Source: Syntrophales bacterium (GTDB lineage Bacteria; Desulfobacterota; Syntrophia; Syntrophales; UBA4778). From it: a stretch of 64,000 nucleotides of DNA. Position 1 is the stretch's first letter. Every line of letters begins with the position of its first letter. Positions 50,257 through 60,469 of this stretch are shown here, piece after piece. The translations under genes were made by a program, and so were the position numbers. The stretch lies in contig CAXXQE010000006.1 in NCBI GenBank assembly GCA_963665615.2, forward strand, positions 496,001 through 560,000. Direction: 5' to 3'. Under the pieces are notes generated by a model. The model made no database searches and had not been told where the DNA came from. It saw nothing but the letters and a program-made list of their open reading frames with translations.

Positions 50257-51000
50257 CTAGTAAGCGTACATGTTGCCGTAGGGCCGATGGGTGTAAGGTG
50301 CAATCCGATAAAACTTTTCAGCCAGAATAGGCTCGATTTCCTTATCGAATTCCCGGCAGTAGGCCTCGACGTACTTAATCAGCGTTCCGTATTCCTCATC
50401 GCTGAGCAATTCCGCCTTCAATCCCTTGCCGAGTTGATGATTCGGAATCTTGCCACGCACGTAGATCACCCCGCCGTGCATACCGGTTCCCAGAAAATGA
50501 CCGGCAATAGGACGATCCGGATGGAGATTCTGGCCGAACATGCCGAGCAGAACGATGATGCCCCCGGCCATGTATTCGCCGAGGAAATCGCCTGCCCTGC
50601 CACCGATGACGATAACGGGGATCTTCTCCCTATAGGCCTTCATGTGGATACCGACGCGATACCCGACATCCCCCTGAATGATAATCTGGCCGCCGCGCAT
50701 GGCATATCCGACGATATCCCCCGCCATGCCGTGGACAACGATCTTGCCGTCGTCCATCGTGTTGCCGAGACCGTCCTGGGCGTTGCCGTAAATCTGGAGT
50801 TCCGGTCCTCTCATGAAGGCCGCCGTGTCCTGACCGGGCGTCCCGTAGATATCCACCATGATCCGCTCTTCGATTCCGGTGGCGATATAGCGCTGACCGT
50901 TAATATTTTTGAGAACAAAGGAACGCTCGCCATCCTCAACAGCGCGGCGGATCGTCGAGTTCAAGTCCCTGTAGTAAATTCCTGTTGCATCGATTTCCAT
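50257..51000 (-). CDS. Glutamate synthase GXGXG-domain subunit (GltB C-terminal / FwdC-like)
   Basis: GQRYI, GNAQD, GD..GY.MRGG, GDFLGEYMAGG, GMHGG. Confidence 0.9.
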   Translation of the reverse strand: MEIDATGIYYRDLNSTIRRAVEDGERSFVLKNINGQRYIATGIEERIMVDIYGTPGQDTAAFMRGPELQIYGNAQDGLGNTMDDGKIVVHGMAGDIVGYAMRGGQIIIQGDVGYRVGIHMKAYREKIPVIVIGGRAGDFLGEYMAGGIIVLLGMFGQNLHPDRPIAGHFLGTGMHGGVIYVRGKIPNHQLGKGLKAELLSDEEYGTLIKYVEAYCREFDKEIEPILAEKFYRIAPYTHRPYGNMYAY

Positions 51001-51022
51001 GTATTTATCTCCTTCAGGCCCG

Positions 51023-52126
51023 CTAGATCTCAACACCGGGATTGACTTCGATCATAACGGGCTCCCCGGCTTCGGGCGCCCAGATCCGTTCCGGACTGGG
51101 GCAGATCTCGCGGATCGCCGATTCTTCACTGGACAGATAAACGGTCTCCCCCTTGGTGGCCGCAACGAGGGGCCGAAGCTTAATCCGGTCGTTCAGGCCG
51201 ACCAGACCGCCGTTATAGGCGAAGAGAATGGCGAACGGACCGTTGAGCAGCGCGCTGCCGTAGACCATGCGGATGGCGTCGTGCAGTTTCTTTTTCTCCG
51301 GATCCATCCGGTCGATCTCCTCCCAGAAGGGGGGCGCCAGTGCCAGACATGCCATCTCGATGGAGAGGTGGTGTCGGCGGATCAACAGGTCGAGCAGATA
51401 GGCGACGACCTCGGTATCGGTCAACAGCGTGCAGTGATACCCGAACATCTCCAGGTAACGCTTGTTGATTCCGTAAGATGAAATCTCGCCATTGTGGACG
51501 ATCGACCAGTCGAGGATCGTGAAGGGGTGTGCGCCACCCCACCATCCCGGGGTATTGGTCGGGAAACGGTTGTGGGCTGTCCAGATGTAGCCGTGATACT
51601 CCTCCAACCTGAAGAAATCAGCCACGTCTTCCGGATAGCCGACACCCTTGAAGGCCCCCATGTTTTTTCCGCTGGAGAAGACATACGCGCCGTCGATGTC
51701 CCGGTTGATCTTCATGATGAGCCGGACAATGAAGTCGTCCTCGCTGATCCCCTTGTCGAAGATCGTTCCGTCCACCTCGGGACGGGGCTTGACGAAATAG
51801 CGCATCAGAAACGGTACGTTCGTGATCTTCTTGTTGGGTCGGGTCGGAATCTTTTCCTGTTCAACGATATAGACGCTTTCCTTGAGGAAGCCCTCTACGA
51901 CCTCCAGCGCCTCTTTCGTATCGCTCATGATGTGAAGGGCGTAATACTCCTTGAAGTCCGGGTAGATGCCGTAGGCTGCAAAACCGCCGCCCAGACCGTT
52001 ACCGCGATCGTGTTGTGTTGCGATCGAGCGGATAATGGCCTCCCCGCTGACCCGTTTTCCATCTTTATTGATGAGGCCTGAGAGCCCGCATCCCGATATG
52101 TCTTTCTGATAATCCCAGGATCCCAC
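51023..52126 (-). CDS. Glutamate synthase amidotransferase subunit (class II GATase)
   Basis: Short propeptide then CGLSG, DRGNGLGGG, HNRFPTNT, HNGEI, DTE, DRIKLRP. Confidence 0.92.
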   Translation of the reverse strand: MGSWDYQKDISGCGLSGLINKDGKRVSGEAIIRSIATQHDRGNGLGGGFAAYGIYPDFKEYYALHIMSDTKEALEVVEGFLKESVYIVEQEKIPTRPNKKITNVPFLMRYFVKPRPEVDGTIFDKGISEDDFIVRLIMKINRDIDGAYVFSSGKNMGAFKGVGYPEDVADFFRLEEYHGYIWTAHNRFPTNTPGWWGGAHPFTILDWSIVHNGEISSYGINKRYLEMFGYHCTLLTDTEVVAYLLDLLIRRHHLSIEMACLALAPPFWEEIDRMDPEKKKLHDAIRMVYGSALLNGPFAILFAYNGGLVGLNDRIKLRPLVAATKGETVYLSSEESAIREICPSPERIWAPEAGEPVMIEVNPGVEI

Positions 52127-52206
52127 TTTATTCCCTCTGCTCTTTCTGTATTTTGATTTGCCAAATGCAGAATTTATTTTTTAACTTAAAACTTGTCCTT
52201 TGACTG

Positions 52207-52316
52207 CTGACCGAATTACCAATTTGGTCCCTGTTAAATTGCTGTGGCACTGCGCTTGGCATGCAACCTGATTTATTTCTGCCTGTCACTCGTTACCAGT
52301 CACTGCGGCGCAGCCG
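52207..52316. repeat. Dispersed intergenic repeat, copy B
   Basis: Ungapped similarity to 50138-50255. Confidence 0.7.
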
Positions 52317-52319
52317 TTT

Positions 52320-53582
52320 TTACATCCGTCCGGCGAGCATTTCCGTCCGGATCTCCTGCGGCAGATGCACCAGTCCAAAGTCGTCCTTGAGCAGTGCATC
52401 CTTGAAATCCGCCACATTGACCTTGCCCTGAATGAAACCGGTGAGGATCCCCGCGCGATCAATGTTACCGACCAGTACGGCGCCGACTAAAATGCCGTCC
52501 TTGAGGACGAGCTTCTTATAGGTGTTCGCGGCAGTATTGAGCTTTGTCAGCACGTCGTATCCCTTTTCAGGGGGATTGGACAGGCCCATCGACACCGTCG
52601 GGATGCCGTAGAACTCGATGGCGTTCATGGCGCATCCGCCCGGATAGCGCCTGGACGCTCCGGCCATATTGAGCCCAGCGTATTTCCCCTGAAGATAGGC
52701 GTTCGGCCAGATCGGCGTGACACGCCGCTCGCCGAGCACCAGGTCATACGCTTCGGCTACATCCCCCGCGGCAAAAACACCGGGGATATTCGTTTCCATG
52801 TATTCATCGGTCAGAATGCCGCGGTTGGCCTTGAGACCGGAATCGGCCACCAGCGCCAGATTGGGAACGACACCGACCGCAATCACAACAGCATCGCAAT
52901 CGATGGTTCGCTTATCCTGGAGCACCACGTTCTTCACACGCCCGTTTTTCCGAGCGATCTGTTTTATCGAATTGCCGAGGGCCATATCGATGCCGACCTC
53001 GCCCAAACGCTTCGCGATGATCGCACCGGCCGTCTGATCAAAGGCCGAACTCAAAATCCGGTCGGCCAGTTCCACGACGGTCACATGAATACCGCGGTCA
53101 TGCAGGCCTTCCGCGGCCTTGAGTCCGATCAATCCGCCGCCCAGTACCACGATCTTCTTGACCTTGCCGACCAGCGCTTCCAGCTTGTGGGCATCCTCCA
53201 GGGTCGTGAAGGTATAGATATCCTTGCCTTCCTGACCCTTGATAGGCGGGAAGAAGGGAACCCCGCCGGTGGCCACGAGCAGCTTGTCGAATGCGATCGT
53301 CTTCTTGGTGTCGAGGCTGATCTTGTGTTTCTTGGCATCGATCTTCGTGACGGTTTTATCGAGCAGCAGATCCACCCGGTTCGTCTCGTAATAATCCTCG
53401 GGACGGCAGTAAATGGCCGACTCGACAATTTCTCCCCTCAACAGGTTGGAGATCAGAGGCCGCCCATAAACTTCATAAGGTTCCGAGGAGATGACGGTGA
53501 TGGCCCCGTCGGCATCGATCTCTCTGATTCCGTCCACGGCGCCGGCCGCCGCCACACCATTTCCAATAATGACATATTTCAT
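52320..53582 (-). CDS. FAD-dependent NAD(P)H oxidoreductase (probable electron input for GOGAT)
   Basis: IIGNGVAA, ATGG, GGGLIG, AAGDVAE. Confidence 0.9.
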   Translation of the reverse strand: MKYVIIGNGVAAAGAVDGIREIDADGAITVISSEPYEVYGRPLISNLLRGEIVESAIYCRPEDYYETNRVDLLLDKTVTKIDAKKHKISLDTKKTIAFDKLLVATGGVPFFPPIKGQEGKDIYTFTTLEDAHKLEALVGKVKKIVVLGGGLIGLKAAEGLHDRGIHVTVVELADRILSSAFDQTAGAIIAKRLGEVGIDMALGNSIKQIARKNGRVKNVVLQDKRTIDCDAVVIAVGVVPNLALVADSGLKANRGILTDEYMETNIPGVFAAGDVAEAYDLVLGERRVTPIWPNAYLQGKYAGLNMAGASRRYPGGCAMNAIEFYGIPTVSMGLSNPPEKGYDVLTKLNTAANTYKKLVLKDGILVGAVLVGNIDRAGILTGFIQGKVNVADFKDALLKDDFGLVHLPQEIRTEMLAGRM

Positions 53583-53586
53583 ATGC

Positions 53587-54027
53587 TTATTTCTCCTCGT
53601 AAACCAGCGCCCGGTTCGGACAGGCCGCCACGCAGGCGGGGGTATCCCGATCGGGACAGAGATCGCACTTCATGACTTTGTTCTCGCCCGGCTTTTTACG
53701 GATCAGGCCCAGCGGACAGGCCATGACACAGGACCAACAGCCGACGCACTTGGCATCATCGTGTTTGACGATCCCCGTTTCCTTGTCCTTCGTCAAAGCG
53801 CCCGAGATACAGATCTGGACGCAAGCCGGTTCGTCGCAGTGGCGGCAGTTCACCGACACGCTCACCGGGCCGACCTCGTCGACCTTGTTGCGAGACTCGG
53901 GTCGGACATTACCTTCCTTGAAGGCCTTGACGGCGTTCTTCGATTTCGAGTGCTCAACGGCGCACCCGACCTCGCACAACCGGCAGCCAATACAGACTTC
54001 CTCTTTCTGATAAACTCGTTTCATCAT
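53587..54027 (-). CDS. 4Fe-4S dicluster protein (CooF/DmsB-like)
   Basis: Four Cys motifs CIGCRLC, CRHCDEPAC, CVGCWSC, CDLC...C...CP. Confidence 0.92.
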   Translation of the reverse strand: MMKRVYQKEEVCIGCRLCEVGCAVEHSKSKNAVKAFKEGNVRPESRNKVDEVGPVSVSVNCRHCDEPACVQICISGALTKDKETGIVKHDDAKCVGCWSCVMACPLGLIRKKPGENKVMKCDLCPDRDTPACVAACPNRALVYEEK

Positions 54028-54087
54028 TCAATCCCATCACAAGGTGTATTGCGTGTGTTTATTATCGTTAACCGACCGCCGGAATCG

Positions 54088-55611
54088 TTAATTCCCCGCG
54101 TGCTTGATTCCAAGAATCTTCAGTTCCGTCTCGTTCAGCCCCACGCCCCGCAGCTTCTCACGGTTGCCGCGGAGGCTTTCCAGCGCGTTCAAGCCCATGC
54201 CGCCCAGCATTTCCTGGATCTCGTGGCCCCAGGCGCGGATCAGATTGGCCAGTTTCTCGTGCGCCATATCCGGATTCACGCGCTTGGCCAGATAGGGATC
54301 GTTCGTGGCAAGACCCCACGGACACTTTCCGGTATAGCAGCGCTGGCAGACCGTGCACCCCAACGCGATCAGCGCGGAGGTGCCGACATAGACCGCATCC
54401 GCGCCAAGGGCAATAGCCTTGACCGCATCGGCGCTGCAGCGGATGCTGCCGGCGACCAGCAGAGACGCGCGGTTCCGGATGCCTTCCTGGCGCAGGCGCT
54501 CGTCGACCGCTGCCAGGGCCAGCTCAATAGGAATGCCGACGTTGTCGCGAATCATCGTGGGGGCTGCGCCCGTTCCGCCGCGGAAACCGTCGAGGGCGAT
54601 GACGTCTGCGCCCGCACGGACCATGCCGCTGGCGATGGCCGCTGCGTTATGCACGGCCGCGATCTTGACGAAGACCAGCTTCTTGTAATCGGTCGCCTCT
54701 TTCAGGGCGTAGATGAGCTGCCGCAGATCCTCAATGGAGTAAATGTCGTGATGCGGCGCCGGAGAAATCGCATCAGAACCCTGCGGGATCATTCGCGTCA
54801 TGGAGACTTCCGGCCCGATCTTTTCTCCCGGCAGATGTCCGCCGATGCCGGGCTTGGCGCCCTGGCCGACCTTGATTTCGATGGCAACGCCCGCATTCAG
54901 GTAGCGGCTGTGAACGCCGAAACGGCCGGAGGCGCACTGAACGATCGTATTCTTGCCATAAGCATAGAGAGAGGGATGCAGACCGCCTTCTCCGGTATTG
55001 TAGAGCGTGCCCATTTCCTCCGCCGCACGGGCCAGTCCCTTATGGATATTCAGGTTGATCGAACCATACGACATGGCCGAGAAGATGATCGGATACTCGA
55101 TCGGAATCTGCGGTGTAAAGGTTGTCTTGAGTTGATGCTTGCCGCCGGCGCTGTCGATCTCCAGCGCGTCGGGCCGGGCGCCCAGATAGGTGCGCAGTTC
55201 CATCGGTTCCCGGAGCGGATCGATCGACGGGTTCGTCACCTGGCTGGCGTCCAGCAACATGCGATCCCAGTAGACCGGGTACGGCGCCGCATTGCCCATG
55301 CCGGTCAGGAGCACGCCACCGGTGTTGGCCTGTTTATAGATGTTCTTGATGAACGCAGGGGCCCAGTTCGCGTTTTCTCGGAATTCCGAATTGTTGCGCC
55401 GGATCGTCAGGGCGCCGGTCGGGCACAGGGCCTCGCAGCGGTGACAGCCGACGCACTTAGAATCATCGCCACGGACTTTTCCGTCAGCTGCATCATAGAG
55501 GTGGGCGTCATAAGAGCACTGCCGGACGCAGACCTGACAGTCGATGCACTTGTCCGGGTCCCGTTCGATGATAAAATCGTAATAATTTTTATGGGGTTCG
55601 CAGTAAAGCAC
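54088..55611 (-). CDS. Glutamate synthase FMN-binding subunit with N-terminal ferredoxin (archaeal-type)
   Basis: AMSYG, NTGEGG, ASGRFGV, GQGAKPG.GGHLPG.K, CxxCxxCxxxxCP; GTG start after AAAGGA. Confidence 0.94.
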   Translation of the reverse strand: MLYCEPHKNYYDFIIERDPDKCIDCQVCVRQCSYDAHLYDAADGKVRGDDSKCVGCHRCEALCPTGALTIRRNNSEFRENANWAPAFIKNIYKQANTGGVLLTGMGNAAPYPVYWDRMLLDASQVTNPSIDPLREPMELRTYLGARPDALEIDSAGGKHQLKTTFTPQIPIEYPIIFSAMSYGSINLNIHKGLARAAEEMGTLYNTGEGGLHPSLYAYGKNTIVQCASGRFGVHSRYLNAGVAIEIKVGQGAKPGIGGHLPGEKIGPEVSMTRMIPQGSDAISPAPHHDIYSIEDLRQLIYALKEATDYKKLVFVKIAAVHNAAAIASGMVRAGADVIALDGFRGGTGAAPTMIRDNVGIPIELALAAVDERLRQEGIRNRASLLVAGSIRCSADAVKAIALGADAVYVGTSALIALGCTVCQRCYTGKCPWGLATNDPYLAKRVNPDMAHEKLANLIRAWGHEIQEMLGGMGLNALESLRGNREKLRGVGLNETELKILGIKHAGN

Positions 55612-55695
55612 GCTTCCATTCCTTTCGTTCAAAATAGCCCTCAAACCTGATGGCGTAGGACTCGTGGTGGTGTTGCCTTTCCAACCTCATAATCT

Positions 55696-55711
55696 AGCAA
55701 TAATTAAGCCA
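55696..55711 (-). promoter_or_regulatory. sigma54 promoter of the glutamate synthase operon
   Basis: Minus strand TGGCTT-AATTA-TTGCT. Confidence 0.72.
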
Positions 55712-55777
55712 GAAAAATATAAATACTAATTCCAGAGATTTAGGCACAAAGGTGTGTTTTCGCTGCATCAAAAAACG

Positions 55778-55818
55778 ACAATTTTGTATGGTGAAGGGAT
55801 GCGTTTAAACAATTTTGT
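55778..55818. promoter_or_regulatory. Paired candidate activator sites
   Basis: ACAATTTTGT at 55778-55787 and 55809-55818, 31 bp apart. Confidence 0.55.
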
Positions 55819-55884
55819 TTGGCAAAAACCGTCGCCGGCACCCTGAACGCCCGACCGGCCCTGCGAACCGGAAAACAGGATATA

Positions 55885-56595
55885 TCATGATATCATTTTG
55901 ATATAGTTATCAAAAAGCACCTCGAACTTGCAAGCAATCTGCCCCTCCAGTTCTCGTGCCCTGTTCAACAGTGCGTCCGTATTAATGTCTTTCGAGTCGA
56001 GAAATTCGTTATCCCCCGCCACCCAATCCGCAAGATCGGCGGCATTCACATGGTTATCGAACTGAAGCCCGACCAGATGAGGACGCCCCTCGACCGACAT
56101 GGCCTCGACCTCACATACTTTCGAGGTCACCAAGACATCGACGTCTTTGGGCATCGGGGGCAGGACGGCTTGCGTATGCCACTTGCACAGCGGCAGCGAC
56201 AGGGGCATGTTCCCGAAGATCGGATGTTCGCGTCCCTCCTTGGTCAGCCGCCCCTCGACGAAACCGATGCTCGTGCAGAAATTGGGACCGACATGCGCCC
56301 CCAAGGCATCTCCCAAAAGTTGATGCCCCAGACAGAACCCCAAATATCCTTTATTCAAATCGATCGCGCGACGGATCGCCTTTTTCTCCGCCCTTAAAAA
56401 AGGATATTGGGCCTCCTGATCGACATTCGGCGAACCACCAAGCACAATCAGGCCGTCATAGGGGTCTATATCGGGGATCGGCTCACGCCAGACCTCGACC
56501 ACATTGAGCCGAGCCTTGTGACGTTTGGCCGCCTTGAGCAGTGTGCTCCCCGGCTTTTCCCAGGGCATATGTTGAAAGACCAAAAAACGCAACAT
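55885..56595 (-). CDS. Class I glutamine amidotransferase-like protein with atypical catalytic motif
   Basis: FQH..WE.PG, VLGG, GFCLGHQ, LQFDNH; GGAGG RBS. Confidence 0.88.
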   Translation of the reverse strand: MLRFLVFQHMPWEKPGSTLLKAAKRHKARLNVVEVWREPIPDIDPYDGLIVLGGSPNVDQEAQYPFLRAEKKAIRRAIDLNKGYLGFCLGHQLLGDALGAHVGPNFCTSIGFVEGRLTKEGREHPIFGNMPLSLPLCKWHTQAVLPPMPKDVDVLVTSKVCEVEAMSVEGRPHLVGLQFDNHVNAADLADWVAGDNEFLDSKDINTDALLNRARELEGQIACKFEVLFDNYIKMIS

Positions 56596-56861
56596 TGTCT
56601 TCCTCCTGCCTTTTTGCCTATTTCTTGAGCAAATGTCAGGCCAACGCCAGAACCTATCGATTTGAAAAGCAGTTGGCGTTTCATTCCTTTTTGCTCACTC
56701 CGAAAAAGTTACATATTTGTAGCAACAATCAAAAGAAGTGCGCTTTTTTGTTGCTCCTTGATACTTTTTCCGACAATACGAAACACGCGCAGAGGCGGAT
56801 ATTTTTAAAAAGTACTCTATTATCAGATACATAAACAACACAACGATGTTATCGCCCTTTC

Positions 56862-56877
56862 TGGCACGCCAATTGCT
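56862..56877 (+). promoter_or_regulatory. sigma54 promoter of glutamine synthetase
   Basis: TGGCAC-GCCAA-TTGCT. Confidence 0.88.
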
Positions 56878-57022
56878 CTTGACTCATTACAGATGAAGCT
56901 ATATGCAATGAACCGCCAAAAGGGTTTTCGCTAACACTTGGGAAGGAAATCCGGTATAAGGTAAGGTTGATTGGATACCCCGAAAGGGCTTCGGAGAAAA
57001 AAACACCATAAAGGAGAAGGTC

Positions 57023-59119
57023 ATGGATCTCACCGAATTATTTGGTTCCAATGTGTTCAACGATCAGGTCATGAAGGAAAGACTGCCCAAGGAAACGTAC
57101 AAGGCCCTGAAGGAAACCATCGAGAAAAATATCCCCTTGAAGCCCGACGTGGCAGATGTCGTCGCCAACGCCATGAAGGACTGGGCGATTGAAAGGGGCG
57201 CCACCCACTACACGCACTGGTTTCAGCCGTTGACGGGAATGACCGCCGAAAAGCACGATTCTTTTATCTCGCCCGCTCAAGACGGCAGCATCATTATGGA
57301 GTTTTCCGGAAAACAGCTCATCCAGGGTGAACCTGACGCCTCCTCCTTCCCGAGCGGCGGACTGCGGGCCACCTTTGAAGCCAGAGGCTACACTGCCTGG
57401 GATTGCACCTCTCCGGCCTTTCTGAAAGAAGACGAAAGCGGCAATCCGACCCTGACGATCCCGACGGCGTTTTACTCCTATCACGGCGAGGCACTGGACA
57501 AGAAGACCCCGCTGCTGCGATCCATGACAGCTGTCTCTAAACAGGCCTTACGCGTTCTGAAGGCCCTGGGCAATACAACCTCGACAAGCGTCACTTCCAC
57601 CGTCGGTCCCGAGCAGGAATACTTCCTCGTAGATAAAGAGTTCTACCTGGATCGCATTGACCTGATGCTGGCCGGTCGGACCCTCTTCGGCGCGCCGGCC
57701 CCAAAGGGACAGGAACTGGAAGATCAGTACTTCGGCGCTATCAAGGATCGCGTCTCCGATTACATGCACGACCTCAATGTCGAATTGTGGAAGCTCGGCA
57801 TCACCTCGAAAACCCAGCACAACGAAGTGGCCCCGGCCCAGTACGAAATGGCGCCGATCTTCGCCACCACCAATATCGCCACCGACCATAACCAGCTCGT
57901 CATGGAGACGATGCAGAAGGTCGCCTTCCGTCATGACCTGGTCTGCCTGCTGCATGAAAAACCCTATGCGGGCATCAACGGTTCCGGCAAGCACAACAAC
58001 TGGTCCCTGTCCACCGATGACGGCATCAACCTGCTCGAACCCGGTCATACGCCCGGTGAAAACGTTCAGTTCCTGCTCTTCGTCAGCGCCCTGATCAAGG
58101 CTGTTGATACCCATGCGGACATCCTGCGCGCCACCTGCGCCAGCGCCGGCAACGACCATCGGCTCGGCGCCAACGAGGCGCCCCCGGCCATCATCTCCAT
58201 GTTCATGGGCGAAGAGCTCACCGAGATTCTGGCCAGCATCGCCGCCGGCAAGAAAGTCTCCGCCAAAGGCAAGGAATTCCTCAAGGTCGGTGTCGACACC
58301 CTGCCCGTCATTCCGAAGGACAACACGGACCGTAACCGGACCTCGCCCTTCGCCTTCACCGGCAACAAGTTCGAGTTCAGAATGGTCGGCTCCTCCCAGT
58401 CCATCGCCGGCCCGAACGTCGCGCTCAACACCATAACGGCAGAAGCCCTTGATGAGATCGCCAACCGCATGGAAAAGGCCAAGGACAAAAATGCCGAAGC
58501 GGCCGCCATCATCAAGGAGATCTTCCAGAAGCACAACCGGATTATCTTCAACGGCAACAACTACTCCGAAGAGTGGGTCAAGGAGGCTAAGAAGCGCGGC
58601 CTGCCCAATGTGGGGAATTCCGTGGACGCCCTCAAAGCCTATCTGAAACCAAAGGCCTTGAATCTGTTTGAGAAGTATGAGGTTCTGACCCCCAAGGAAC
58701 TCCACTCCCGCTTCGAGATCTATGTGGAGCATTACGCCAAGCAGGTCAATATCGAGGCCATGGCCGCCATCGACATGGCCAAGAAGCAGTTCATCCCGGC
58801 CGCCCTTGAGTATGCGACCTTCCTGGCAGAATCCGCCAGCAAGCTCAAAACGCTGAAGATCCCTGCAACGGTCCATACAGACCTGCTCAAAACGCTCTCA
58901 GCCCAAACCGTGGCAGCTTATAAGGGCCTCGCAAAGCTCGAAGCCGCTACAGCCAAGGCGCAAGCCGTATCCGAGACAGTCAAGAAGGCTGAACTATACC
59001 GCGATCAGGTTTTCCCCGCCATGCAGGCCCTGCGCGCCGATGTCGATGCGCTGGAAATGATCGTACCGCGGGATATGTGGCCGGTACCCAGTTACGTGGA
59101 TCTGCTCTTCAAGCTGTAA
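57023..59119 (+). CDS. glnA: Glutamine synthetase type III
   Basis: 698 aa; [52 protein letters not shown]. Confidence 0.97.
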   Translation: MDLTELFGSNVFNDQVMKERLPKETYKALKETIEKNIPLKPDVADVVANAMKDWAIERGATHYTHWFQPLTGMTAEKHDSFISPAQDGSIIMEFSGKQLIQGEPDASSFPSGGLRATFEARGYTAWDCTSPAFLKEDESGNPTLTIPTAFYSYHGEALDKKTPLLRSMTAVSKQALRVLKALGNTTSTSVTSTVGPEQEYFLVDKEFYLDRIDLMLAGRTLFGAPAPKGQELEDQYFGAIKDRVSDYMHDLNVELWKLGITSKTQHNEVAPAQYEMAPIFATTNIATDHNQLVMETMQKVAFRHDLVCLLHEKPYAGINGSGKHNNWSLSTDDGINLLEPGHTPGENVQFLLFVSALIKAVDTHADILRATCASAGNDHRLGANEAPPAIISMFMGEELTEILASIAAGKKVSAKGKEFLKVGVDTLPVIPKDNTDRNRTSPFAFTGNKFEFRMVGSSQSIAGPNVALNTITAEALDEIANRMEKAKDKNAEAAAIIKEIFQKHNRIIFNGNNYSEEWVKEAKKRGLPNVGNSVDALKAYLKPKALNLFEKYEVLTPKELHSRFEIYVEHYAKQVNIEAMAAIDMAKKQFIPAALEYATFLAESASKLKTLKIPATVHTDLLKTLSAQTVAAYKGLAKLEAATAKAQAVSETVKKAELYRDQVFPAMQALRADVDALEMIVPRDMWPVPSYVDLLFKL

Positions 59120-59192
59120 TCAACCATTATTGCGAACTTGCATCAGCGGTCGGACCATCGATATCGATCCGGCCGTTGATGGCAGGAATGCC

Positions 59193-59230
59193 AAAAAGGA
59201 GACCCCGTCGGGTCTCCTTTTTTTATTTTT
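59193..59230 (+). terminator. Intrinsic terminator after glnA
   Basis: AAAAGGAGACCC-CGTC-GGGTCTCCTTTT plus T run. Confidence 0.9.
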
Positions 59231-59362
59231 ATCCAGAGCAAACTGTTAAAGGGGAAGCGTTTTAATGGATATTTAAGACAAAATAGTATAAGAATGATCG
59301 GATCATCTTTAATTTATTGTGACGCGCTGCTGGCGGCACGCGCATAGAAGGAGGCAAGACAC

Positions 59363-60247
59363 ATGGAACAATACGGCACCTTTACGGTCAGATCCGGCCT
59401 GGCGGAGATGCTCAAGGGCGGAGCGATCATGGATGTGACCAACGCCGATCAAGCCAAGATTGCGGAAGACGCGGGAGCCGTCTCTGTTATGGCGCTGGAG
59501 CGCGTTCCGTCCGATATCCGAGCGCAGGGGGGGGTCGCCCGGATGACCGATCCGGCCATTATCGAAGAGATCATGAAGGCGGTCACCATCCCGGTCATGG
59601 CCAAGGTCCGCATTGGACACTTCGTAGAGGCCCAGATTCTGGAGGCGATCGGCATCGACTTCATCGATGAAAGCGAGGTCCTGACACCGGCCGACGAAAA
59701 ATACCACGTCAACAAGTGGAAATTCAAAGTTCCCTTTGTTTGCGGCGCGACCAACCTGGGAGAGGTCCTGAGGCGTATCGGCGAGGGCGCGGCTATGATC
59801 CGGACCAAGGGTGAAGCCGGTACAGGCAACGTCGTCGAAGCCGTTCGTCATATGCGAACGATCAATGACGAGGTCGCCAGACTCGCGGCCCTGCCGGAGG
59901 AGGAGCTCATGACCGAAGCCAAAAATATGGGCGCGCCTTACGAACTGGTCAAGATGACCGCGATGAGCAAAAAGCTCCCTGTCGTCAACTTCTCGGCGGG
60001 TGGCATTGCCACCCCGGCAGATGCGGCGCTGATGATGCAGCTCGGCGCAGACGGCGTCTTTGTCGGCTCGGGGATCTTCAAATCGGAGAATCCGGCCAAA
60101 ACCGCGCATGCCATCGTTCAGGCGGTTACTCATTTCAACAACCCAGAGCTCCTTCTGAAGGTATCGAAGTCCCTTGGCGCAGCCATGCCAGGTCTGGAAA
60201 TTTCCAAGATCGGGGAAGACAACTTATTGCAGTTCAGAGGGAATTAA
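59363..60247 (+). CDS. pdxS: Pyridoxal 5-phosphate synthase lyase subunit
   Basis: [45 protein letters not shown]. Confidence 0.97.
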   Translation: MEQYGTFTVRSGLAEMLKGGAIMDVTNADQAKIAEDAGAVSVMALERVPSDIRAQGGVARMTDPAIIEEIMKAVTIPVMAKVRIGHFVEAQILEAIGIDFIDESEVLTPADEKYHVNKWKFKVPFVCGATNLGEVLRRIGEGAAMIRTKGEAGTGNVVEAVRHMRTINDEVARLAALPEEELMTEAKNMGAPYELVKMTAMSKKLPVVNFSAGGIATPADAALMMQLGADGVFVGSGIFKSENPAKTAHAIVQAVTHFNNPELLLKVSKSLGAAMPGLEISKIGEDNLLQFRGN

Positions 60248-60252
60248 CCAAT

Positions 60253-60328
60253 AGTTTAACGTTTGAAGTTTAAAGTTGATGGTTCGGGGCCAAAAGGAAG
60301 TGACAGGTCACGAGTGACGGGTGACTGG
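60253..60328. repeat. Two heptamer arrays
   Basis: AGTTTAA CGTTTGA AGTTTAA AGTTGAT and AGTGACA GGTCACG AGTGACG GGTGACT. Confidence 0.6.
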
Positions 60329-60353
60329 CAAAAAGAGACTAACGCAATCCCCT

Positions 60354-60410
60354 GTCATCTCCGCGAAGGCGGGGTTCCAGGAAAACAGGCTGCCCGTTTA
60401 CGGGCATAAC
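60354..60410. repeat. Degenerate REP-like doublet
   Basis: GTCATCTCCGCGAAGGCGGGGTTCCAG plus a decayed inverted partner. Confidence 0.6.
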
Positions 60411-60469
60411 CGCTGTGTTCCGCTTTCACGAGAACATCAATCATCATATATTTTTCACGAGGCGATAAA

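Noticed and set aside
52238..52268. TGGCAC and TGGCAT sigma54-like hexamers
   Set aside because: No GC at the -12 position, antisense to the operon, and inside a dispersed repeat
56890..57020. glnA leader as a glutamine riboswitch
   Set aside because: Only a small GAAA-capped hairpin is visible; I could not match the known motif by eye. An Rfam search would settle it.
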